From positions 1 to 41,756 of the forward strand of contig DXJV01000015.1 of NCBI GenBank assembly GCA_019056785.1: a stretch of DNA of 41,756 nt, written 5' to 3'. This document shows, piece after piece, positions 9,089 to 20,000 of the stretch. The notes under the pieces are model-generated. The model saw only the letters and a program-made list of their open reading frames with translations, did no database searches and was not told the origin of the DNA. The DNA is from Candidatus Heimdallarchaeota archaeon (GTDB lineage Archaea > Asgardarchaeota > Heimdallarchaeia > JABLTI01). How positions within the stretch are numbered: position 1 is the stretch's first letter; the number at the start of each line of letters is the position of its first letter. Made by a program: the position numbers and the translations under genes.

Positions 9089-10939
9089 TTATTGATCCGA
9101 AAGCAATTTCTGGAAGAGATTATCAAATGTTGAAAATTCTTTGCTGAAAAGTGATGGATGGTATTTTTCTTTAATCTCGGTAGTTTGTTTTTCACTTATA
9201 ATACAAATCGGTTTCTTGGAAAAGTTCTCGAAATTAATGATTGTCTCCGGTAAAATCGTGAACGACTCCCCCAGCAACACCGGTGAGATCTTTTTTAGCT
9301 CCAATGTTTCTACGTAGTCCTTAATTTCGGGATGAAGGTCAAAATTAGATTTTTTAAGGAAAAAGCAAACAACAGCAGAGCGTTCCGCCAACAATTTACT
9401 GTTTTCCAAAAAGATATGACTCAGCATATCAGACATTTCTTGTGTAAAGAGATAGTTAACATTACCAAATGAGATGAAAGAATATTTCACCTCTTCTTGC
9501 GTTAAAGCAACATGTAATTCTGCCAACCGAGTCATACAAAACAATTTTGCAATATTTTGTCCTACGATTTTTAGGTAATCAAAGGATGAAGAAATCTCTT
9601 GTATTGCCGCGGCAATTTTCCCTTGCTTCCGGTTTAACTCTGCTTTTGTATTATAGTAAATGACATTCAATTTTGCCGGGACAGGCGCGACCAATCGTTT
9701 TGTTGCTTTGTTTAATAATTGTTCAGAACGCTTCAAATTCCCAAGAAGAGCGTGTATCCATGCACTTAGCAAAATAATCTCAGTAATTTTCAATTCATTG
9801 TTGCTAATTTTATAATATCTTATCGCATCTTCACTAAACTTCAGCGCCTTAAATAATGCGGAACGATAATCTTCATCTTTAAAAATATAGGAAGGAAATG
9901 CCATCATTAAATAAAGCTCTGCTTTTGCCAGTGCTAAGCGACCACGCAAATTATCAGTCGGCTCTGCTGTTTGAAATTCTTCAGCAATAATGTGTTCAAT
10001 GTTCTCGAAAACACCCAATGCCTTGTAAAACCAGCCTTGTTGAGAATAAATGAAACCAAGATCAAACAACCCATCAACATGAAACTTTCGCATCAAGATT
10101 GTCTGACGTTTACAGAACCGGAGGTATTTAATTCCGCGATTAAGATATTCTTTAGCAAGCGAGAGTTTGCTCAAGGCCACTAAATAACGACCTGAAATCA
10201 AGAGAGTGATACTCATTAAATTCATAATATCTGTACGAGATTTCTCACTTGCAAGTTTAATGCATTCTTTTAAAAAGCGCTTGAGGTCAGCAATACTTAT
10301 TTCTGGAATGGTCTCAAGCTCTATCATGCTGGCGATTTCCATCAATTCGGTATCGATCTTGTATTTGCTATTATAACCGTGTTTTTTCTCATTCTTCTTT
10401 AAAACGTCAATTATTCGCAAAGAAATTACCGGGTCAATATTAAGCCAAAACCAGCCGAATCGAAGAAGGACCATAAATAATGACTTGTTTCCACTTGCTT
10501 TCTCTTTAGTCGAGTTTAAACGATTTATCGCATCATTTGTTATGATTTCCAAGATAACAGGCTCTATTATGGAAATTGGTTTAAGGTTTGCTTTTTGACA
10601 AACAGTAACAATCTTCTCTTCTATAGCAGGTTCAAATGGCTCAGTGCCTACGATAATAAATCTTTGAGCAGAAACCTTCTCATTTATTGTGTTTAAAAAT
10701 TCCTCGCGAAAAAGAACTCGATTCTTGTCGTTCATCTCAAGAGCAGAAGCAAAAGAGGCAATCCATCCTTTTTCTTCAGCAATGCGTACATGATAGAGAA
10801 TATTTTGGCGGCTCATTTCTGTAGGGAGGATTTTTTCAGCAATATAACGAATCTGCTGGGTATTGGCAACTCCCAAATATTTAACACACGTTGCAATAAA
10901 TCTCGACCAAAAATATTTGGAACGTGTAGCAAATGCCAT
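9089..10939 (-). CDS. Hypothetical protein: putative N-terminal wHTH plus TPR-like helical repeats
   Basis: MSRQNILYHVRIAEEKGWI is an HTH-like segment. LGFIYSQQGWFYKALGVF and AWIHALLGNLKRSEQLL are TPR-like. GAGGT RBS. Confidence 0.6.
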   Translation of the reverse strand: MAFATRSKYFWSRFIATCVKYLGVANTQQIRYIAEKILPTEMSRQNILYHVRIAEEKGWIASFASALEMNDKNRVLFREEFLNTINEKVSAQRFIIVGTEPFEPAIEEKIVTVCQKANLKPISIIEPVILEIITNDAINRLNSTKEKASGNKSLFMVLLRFGWFWLNIDPVISLRIIDVLKKNEKKHGYNSKYKIDTELMEIASMIELETIPEISIADLKRFLKECIKLASEKSRTDIMNLMSITLLISGRYLVALSKLSLAKEYLNRGIKYLRFCKRQTILMRKFHVDGLFDLGFIYSQQGWFYKALGVFENIEHIIAEEFQTAEPTDNLRGRLALAKAELYLMMAFPSYIFKDEDYRSALFKALKFSEDAIRYYKISNNELKITEIILLSAWIHALLGNLKRSEQLLNKATKRLVAPVPAKLNVIYYNTKAELNRKQGKIAAAIQEISSSFDYLKIVGQNIAKLFCMTRLAELHVALTQEEVKYSFISFGNVNYLFTQEMSDMLSHIFLENSKLLAERSAVVCFFLKKSNFDLHPEIKDYVETLELKKISPVLLGESFTILPETIINFENFSKKPICIISEKQTTEIKEKYHPSLFSKEFSTFDNLFQKLLSDQ

Positions 10940-11075
10940 TCTTGACTACCTCACAGTTTCTCTTATTGCTTTTGAACTGACCACAAAAGAAACTTTCGAT
11001 TGCTTCTTTTAGGTCACTTTTGGAGAAGAGTGGCTCTTAAATACTTTTTTTATGATGTTACTTTTTGCGTTAGAA

Positions 11076-14000
11076 CTATTTTACACGCTCCATTTGACAA
11101 ACAGAGGCAACAAAGTCTTTGTTAGCAGTGGACCGAACGTTTAGAGTTAAACGGCTGTTTTTCTCGGGATGTTTTTCGCTGTTACGTACTTGTTCAGGAA
11201 GTTTCTCAATAGGGATTTGTAAGCTAATTTGCTTTTCTGTTAAATGTGTAATTGCCAAGTCGTGAAGATCAATATTTAATCCCACACCCAGCACTTTTGA
11301 AGCGGCTTCTTTTGCGCTCCAAATCTTCGCAAGCAGCGTATCGGAGATCTCAGCTTTTAATTTCTGAAGGAGAGCAAGTTCTTGTTTACTTAGCAATTCT
11401 TCGATCAAAATATTCGAACGTTTTTCTATTGCTTCAAGATCGATGCCGGTCATTTTCTCTGGGTGGACAATTCCGGCGGCAAAACCATTGCTATGAGTAA
11501 TAGATATTGAGATTGGTATTGCCTTTTTCCCTTGCTTAACATAAGGTTTGCCAAGAGAATCCTTTTCAATAAATAATTGATTAGGAATAAGTTTAGGATT
11601 TAATTGTTGCAATGCTTTCTTAATAGCAATAACTCCTGCGACCCACTCAAGCCTTCTCTTTTCAACGGAATAATTATGGAAGCGTGTCATTTCTACCTCA
11701 TGTAGAAAGTTTTGAAGGAATGACTCATCTTTTTCGATTTCTTTTTTTATGGTCTCAACAGAAACAACCTCAATTAATGCCTTTTTTGGCAAAGGAAAAA
11801 GCTGTTTCACTCGAGTGAGATGGACTTCATTCAGGGGGGCTATATTCGCGCCGAAATTAACTTGAGCGGTCTCATAATTTGCTGCTTGAAGAAGTAATTC
11901 CCCGCTCTTGCTTAGCACTTCAAATTGATAAACACTTCCGAAATTATTGTCAGCGTTTTTTCGTCCAACAACATAGGCTGGCTCTTCCGTCGCATCATAG
12001 AATTCCAGCAGCTTTATCTTATAGGGAAGGCCCATTTGCCGGCTGAGAACGAGGTCGTAGAACCCCATCGCTTGGAAACCTGCTTCAATGCTAAGTGGGT
12101 TTGCCAAAAGTTTTGTGAGCCCCCAGCTAAATTGCTTTTTCTCTGGGAGAGGGGCAATTTTACCGATAATTGCGTCACTCTTTTCAGCAACAGCTTCAAG
12201 GACTTGGAAGCGCTCTCCATGGGGGAGAATCTTATAAAGAAGGGATTTTTTCGCAAGATAAGGCAAAGTGGTTTTTGGCTTTGTTCGGCTACCTTTTTGA
12301 CGTTTGCCCAAAACTGCTTTTGCACTAAAGCGCTTTACTGGCAAACTAACCTTTTTTCCGTCTTTTATTTTGACAGTTTCAATTACAATTGCTGGCTCTG
12401 GCAAGGTTGTGAAGATTCGTGAAAAAATCGTTTGCTTTTCATTGTCTTTGAATTTAATTGCAGAACTAAATTCGACATTTTTTAACGCAGTAAGTTTCTT
12501 TTTGGGAAATGCAATGTCTGTTAATTCTGCAAATAACTCGATACCCATCACTCCCGGCAGATAAGGTATATTGTCAAACCGATGGTGGTCCAAATACAGA
12601 TCCGTTTCTAAACTGAACTCTCTTCTCGCACTAATTGAGCCATCGAAATTCCGTTTAATGCTACCAAGAAGAGGATAAATTTTTGGATTGACTTTAATAA
12701 ACGGCCCGGGTGATTCCAGCAATTCCCCAAGAACCCCAGAATAGATTACCTCGGGGTCTTGGCCGTATTCTAATTCATCAATAAATGCTTGAACGCCTTC
12801 CTCAACCTTTATTGGTGTGAGACCTTTTTGAAGGAGGATCTGCATAACTGACCCACGTGTCGCCATGCCGATTTCCGCCCAAGCTGACCAGCAAATTGCT
12901 GTTGCGCGCAATCCTTTCTTTCGCAATTGCCAGCAACTCTTTGAAAGATAATCATTGGCTGCAGCATAGTCCACTTGGCCAGCATTGCCATATCGCGCTG
13001 CTACAGATGAGAAACAAATGATAAATTTCAAACTTCGAAGATCAAGCGTTTCAATAAGGGTATCAAAACCCTTAACCTTGACATTATAAACATACTCGAA
13101 ATCTTCAAGACGCTTATCTTTGACTAACCGTGAGATTTCAATTCCGGCTGCGTGAACAACACCAGTGATTTTTTGGTGGAAGTCATTTTCAACCTTTTGA
13201 AGGACAGCAGCAAAAGCTTCAGATTGGCTCACATCAACTGAATAATATCTGACTTGCGAGCCTAAAGCAGTAAGTTCTTTCAGTGCCTTAAAGACCGCAA
13301 TTGCTTTCAAGGTTTTTGACCATTCACGTTGAATTTGGACAGGAGTGACTTTAATACCTTGTTCTTTCAAATGTGCGATATAACGATTCTTTTTCTCTTC
13401 TAACTCCTCTGCTGATAGTTGTGCAAGTTCTTCAATATTAGCTGGCAATTTGGTGCGACCAACAAGAGCGAGTTTCACAGCATATTTTTCAGCGAGTTTT
13501 TTAGTTATTTCAAAAGTTATTCCTTGAGCACCACCGGTGATTATAAGGAGGTCCTCTGAAGTCAATTGAAGTACTGGAGTCGCAGTTTTCTTGAGTGGCA
13601 TCTCAGGGGTGAGAAGAATTTGCCGTTCACCAGTTTCGGTATAAGCAACCTCTACTGCACCATCGCCGGTCATAAGTTCCTTCAAGACGTTTTTTGGTTC
13701 AGAAGTGGCTAAAACTCTAACAGCAAGGTCCTCTCGTTCTCTGGCGAAGGCTTTAGCAAAGCCTGATAGAGAGCCAAAAGTAGGTGAAGCTTTCGCCTTC
13801 CAGCCAAAGAATGTTGATGTTGGTTGAATGACAAGGAAGTAACCTCCTTCCTTAATAGTAATTTGTTTCGTTAGTTGAAAGAGAGCAGATGCAGTGTAAA
13901 GATGTCTTGTCTTTTTCGTTGACTTTGGTTCGATGAAAATCACGCCATCAACTTCTTCTGAGGACAGTTGCTCTGGCGAATGAAGAACTGTTTTAGCATC

Positions 14001-17000
14001 AACAGTTTGAAGAACAATTGATCTTTTTTCTGTCAGTAAACTTTCTAATTGACTTGCAAAGGGTGTTTGATCGCCTACAATAATGAATTTCTTTTTAGCA
14101 AGTTTAGTTTTAACGACTTTTGGGCATGGAACAGGTTGGAATTGTAATATTCTTCGGGTAATTGGCTGATGCGTTATTTGGCTTGTGACCGTCGGTTCAC
14201 TTTCTAGGGGGCCACCCTTACTTTCTTGTTGAGATGCTAAACGAGAAAGTATATAATCAGTTATTTTATTTACTGTGGAATAGTCCTGGATACGAATTCC
14301 TTCTTCCCGAGGAAGCGACCATTTGCTGCGAATAAGACCAAATATTTCAGCTTGTTTGACAGTATCTATACCCAAGTCTTCTTCAAGCTCCATATCAGGT
14401 TCTATCATATCAAGTGGATAGCCGGTCTTTTCAGAAATAAGCTGAAGAACTTCCTTTAGTATTGTCTCACGTGGAATTGTTTCCGAAGCACTTGCAGCGC
14501 TAGCGGTGATTTCTCCCCTTTTCTCCGCTACAGCACCTGCACCTAATCTGGAGCTTAGATATTCAGCGATTTTATTGACAGAATAATAATCTTGGATTCT
14601 TACGCCTTCTTCTCGTGGAAGGTTAAACTGGTTTCGAAGAAGGCCAAAGAGTTCTGCTTGTTTCACAGTATCTATGCCCAAATCTTCCTCGAGATGCATG
14701 TTTGGTTCAATCATCTCAACAGGATAGCCCGTCTTTTCTGAAATTAATTGAATAATGCTTTGTACGAGTTCTTTATTGGTCGTCGCAGTAACTGCTTGTT
14801 GTTTGGGGGGAGCATTAACAGGCAGGGTTGTTTGAGAAACCACGGAGGGATCCTCCCTAAGCAAGAGTGTCTTATTAACAACCTCGAGAGTAGCAAGCGA
14901 GCCACCTAACGACTTGAGCCAATTTTCATATTTCACACCTTCAAAGCGATTTGAAGAAGTATTTAACCGATAGAGCGCCATAGTTAACTGAGAGCCAAAC
15001 CCTGCAGCAAAACGCAAAGCATATTTTACAGGATAATGCCCTCCTTTTGAAAGATTTAAAGGTCCAAGCTCGGGGTCTTCCTCTTTCCAATTGGCAACCG
15101 GCGGAACAATTCCTTTCTGAAGAATTTTAACAGCAACCACATCCTCTATTCCAGCACCCATCGCATGCCCGGTAAAGCCTTTCGTGTTAGCAATAACAAT
15201 TTTTTCAATCATGTCTTTGAAGGTCTTCCTAAGAGCAGCAACTTCAGCAGAAGCACTCCCCCCTCGAGCGGGGGTGTATGTTTCATGGCTAACAAAAACC
15301 AGTTCTTTAGCGATCTCATCTCTTGAGATGTCATATCGATGCTCAATTATTGAAAGGAACTGATCCATTTGTGAGGAAATATGCTCTCTATCAAGACGCG
15401 TACCATGGAATGCAGAATTAACAATATGTGTTCCCAGAAGATCAACAATTGGTTTAACACCTCGAGTTCTCATTGCTGATTCCGATTCCAGCACCAATCC
15501 GACAGCCCCCATCCCAATGATCATGCCATGTCGCCGTTTATCGAAGGGGAGAGCAGCCTCTTTTACATTTTCTTTAGTTGTTGCTGCACCAATTGCAAGG
15601 AACCCTGAACCAATCCATTCAAATATTTGCTCATTTGTCACATCATCTGCAGCTATGACAATAACGCGTTTACACCTACCAGTTCGAATCCAATCCTCAC
15701 CAATAGCTATTGCTTGAGTCGTTGAAGAACAAGCAGCGTTTACTTGGGTGTTTGGCCCTCGGGCGCGGATGAATTGAGCAAACTGAGAGTGCCCCATTGA
15801 GAGGATTTCAAACAAAAACTTACGACTGAATTGAAATCTCGAATCTTTGTCATCTTGCAATTTCTCAATATTTTGGTGATAGAAGCTAGTAATCTGTTCC
15901 TTGGTTTGTGGATCCTTGATCTTGCTGATAAGCTCCTCGAAAAATGCCTTGAATTCATCAAGTTTTTGCTGAGCAAATTTGTCGGAAAGATAAGCAGAAA
16001 TAGTCGAAATCAAGTTGTTATAAGCCGGAAAAGCAGATGCAAACACAATACCAGTTTCATCTCTTAATGGTTCTGGGAGTGCCCATCCTTTGGCTATATC
16101 TTTCCCAACGGAAGTCTTAACTTTTAAGGGCATTAAGGGGATTCCTGCATCTCGCAAAGCCTCGATTCCTGCTGCAAAGGCCAATTGGAATGTGATATCC
16201 AAGACTTCTGTAAACTCTGCTTTTACGCCATATTCTTTTCTGAGATCAAATTCTCCTTTTTGTGCTGCAAGCTTGATGACTTCGTTGACATCCTTAATTG
16301 CTTGAAACTGGGCACCTTTAATGGCATCTTTGACAAGCCGGACAATGTTTTTATCCAGCATCTTTTCACGCAGCTTGTCAGGAATGGGATCAATGAAATT
16401 CTCGCCGGCTAAAATCGCATCAAAATTATCTTCAGCAAAGACTTTACGCTTTCTCCCCGGAAGCCCAATTGAAACGCCGGTAATACCAATGGCCTCTGTT
16501 GAGATGTTCAATTTTTCAGTCCGTCTTTTTTCCTCTAAAGCAGAAGCAATGGTGGTCTTATAAGTTTCATAGCCGGCTTTTAGAAACGCATTGATAGCCG
16601 GTGCTTGCAAAGTTAAATAGTCTTTAAATTGCTCATCTGTTGTAATTTTTGCCAGTTCTGGATCGGTTAAGAGGACATCAAACGGTGTTAGTTGGGAAAC
16701 AATTTTTTCTGCGGCTCGAATGGTTTTTGGTTTGGTAATGTAAAATTTCTCGAGAGGATACTTAAATTCTTGAGTATAAAAGTCACTCTCGAGTGAGGGG
16801 TAACGTATATTATAACCATAAACACTTAAGGCCGTTAAAAGTTCTGAGAAGTGCTTAGCTTCTCCTTTCTTTGGATGAATACTCGGCAGAGCAATGACAT
16901 TTTCTTTTTCTTCACAGATAGCACGAGCAAAGGTAGTGAGTACCCATTTTGGACCGACTTCAATGAAGGTCCGAACACCATTATCATACATCCAGTTAAT

Positions 17001-20000
17001 TTGCTTAATCCATTCAACCGGAGAACAAATCTGATGGCACAAAAGATCAATGATTTCCTTCCGTGTTTTAGGATACAATTCTCCAGTGACATTACTCGTA
17101 AGAGGGATTTTTGGCTTATTAAACGTCAATTTTTGCAACGCTTGACGGAAATCAGTGATTGCGGGTTCGACAATCTTTGAATGAAACGCTCCTGAAACCG
17201 AGAGGGGAATGGCCGTTATACCTTTTGCAGAGAATAATTCAATAGCTTTTTTCACGCCGGTAGTTGAACCGGAGATAACTGTCTGATTTGGAGCATTCTT
17301 ATTCGCAGCAATAACATAACTATCAATTTCTTTGAGAACTTTTTCCACTTCTTTAAAGCCTGCACCGATAGAAGCCATCATGCCTTTGTCTTTAGTGTCA
17401 AATTTTGCCATGGCTTTTCCTCGAGGAACAACAGCTAAAAAGCCATCACGCAAACTCAGAATTCCAGCCGCAACAAGGGCAGCATATTCGCCTAAACTAT
17501 GCCCAGCAACAAAGTCAGGTTTAATGCCGTAAGATTCCAAGAGCCGGAAAATTGCAATATCAAGCGTGAAAATTGCTGGTTGTGTAATTTCGGTTTGACG
17601 CAACAACTCTTTGCTTTCGGCTGTACTCTTCCCAATGCTAAAGATAATTTCAGAGATAGGAAAGCCAAGCAATTCTTTTGTGATTTCATCTGCTTCTCTA
17701 AAGGTCTCACGGACAACTTCAAATTTCTCCCAAAGCTCTTTACCCATACCAACATACTGACTGCCTTGACCCGGAAAGATAAAAGCAATCTTCCCGAGAG
17801 AATGATCGGTACTAAAGAACAACCCTTTGTTTCGCAAGAGTCTTCGTTTTTGTTTATTCTGCAATCCTTCTCGGGCTAAAGCGATTTTATTTGCAAGTTC
17901 GTTAAAACTTGTACATGAGATGCCTACTCGAACTTGTTTGGCTAGAGCAGAATGAGTCTTCATAGAAAAGTCTCGAACACGGGGGCCAACACCATCTTTC
18001 CCGAATGTGCTTTTTGGTATGTTTGCTCGAAATGCTGCAAGCGCCTTTTCCAATTGCTCCACAGAATCTGCACCTATAAAGAGCGGCTCCGTTTCGAGGG
18101 ATTCATGCTTTTCAAAATAAGCAGACCAGCCCTTAGTGTCTAAAACCCGCTCAATTTCAGTTGCCCCTAAGCGGTGAGCGAGTTTTGCACCTGCTAAAGC
18201 CTTTTTAAACTCAACGGCATCTAAGAGAGTTGGAAGATGTCCTTTAGTTCTTCCGGGAATAAATTCCTCTAATACAACATGATAATTTGTCCCACCGAAG
18301 CCAAATGACGAAACGCCTGCCAGCCGGGTACCAGACGGTGGCGTGGGCCAGGGTTGCTGTTCGACTGGAACAAAAAAGGGCGATTTTTCCCAATTAATTT
18401 TAGGATTGGGAATATCAAAATTAATCGAAGGTGGGATGACTTTATGATGAAGGGCTAAGGCAGTTTTAATTAGGGCAGCAATGCCGGCAGCACTTTTTAG
18501 GTGCCCAATTTGGCTTTTGACAGAACCAATAGCAATGGTTGCTGGCTTGCTCTTTTCAGCCAGCTCTTGCAACACCTGTAATTCAACAACATCACCAACT
18601 TTTGTGCTAGTTCCATGAGCTTCAATTAGCTGAATATCTTTCAAAGCAACATCTGCTCGAATTAAAGCCCGCTCAATTGCTAACCGCTGGCCAAGAGGAT
18701 TAGGAGCAGTAATACCTTTCCCTTTACCATCGGAAGAAGCACCCAAACCACGTATAACAGCATAAATGGTGTTGCCATCCTTAATAGCATCAGATAATCG
18801 TTTCAACACAACGAATCCTGCACCTTCACCCATCACAAAACCATCTGCTCGAGCGTCAAAAGGATATGAACCCTTTGCAGAAAGTGCACCAATCTTTGAG
18901 AATTTAACAAAGGTTGTTGGATCAAGTGAGCAGTCCGCGCCACCACAAAGAACAGCATCACATTCTTTGTCAAGAAGAACCTTTACAGCAACATTTAAAG
19001 CCGCGAGACTCGAGGCGCAAGCAGCATCAGTCGTCATGCTTTTACCGCGAAGATTGAAAATGTTGGCGATCCTTCCAGCAATGATATTAGAAAGCTCGCC
19101 CGGCATAGAATCTTCATTAATGACCGGCAATTCTTTTTCATATTTTTCGAGGAGGCTCTTCTCCAATGCTTGCCAATTTTTAGAGTCAATATGTGAGAAA
19201 TAAGGGGAGGAAGTTATAGATGACAACACTTCTGGAAGAAATACTTTTCGGGTATAATTTACTCTAATTTCATCCCCCATGGCATTTCCCACGATAACCG
19301 CTGTTTTGGAGTTGTCGACACCCTTCTTTAACAGACCGGCATCTGTCAATGCTTCCTTTGCCGCAAGCAAAGCAAGCTTTTGCGCACGGCCCATATTTTG
19401 AGCAACTTTTGGAGGGATCTTAAATTCCAAAGAATTGAATTTGAAATCGCTTATTGTTGCAGCAATCTTAGTGTAGGATTTATTAGGAGCATCTTTGTCA
19501 GGGTCAAAGAAAATATCTATTTTCCCTGCCCAACGTTCTGCGGGGATTTCTCTTATGGAATAAACTTTCTTGAGAATATTGTTCCAATACTCTTTGATAT
19601 TATGAGCATCCGGAAAGACACAACCCAAACCGACGATGGCAATACCTTCCAAATCGTCAAAGAGGAAAGTGCTTTCTTCAACTTGCTCTTCTGTGGTTTC
19701 TACCAGCCCTTGCACTGGTAGTGTCGCTTCACGGGGGGTGATTTTCTTAGCCAATAAACTGCTTAAATGTGGAAGTAAGGTTTGCGTCTTTTGAATGATT
19801 GTTTCTTTTGCGTTACTTGTTAATTCTTGATGTAACTGACTGACGGTTCGCACACAACGCAAACTTGCAACAATTTGTCCGATTAAATAATTCCCCTTTT
19901 GATATTGGCCCTCTTCATTAATGGGCATAAACCTGTTGGGCTTATCATCTTCTCCCTCGGGATTCCAAATCTCACCTCGCGCAGCAATCCTTGTTGCTCC

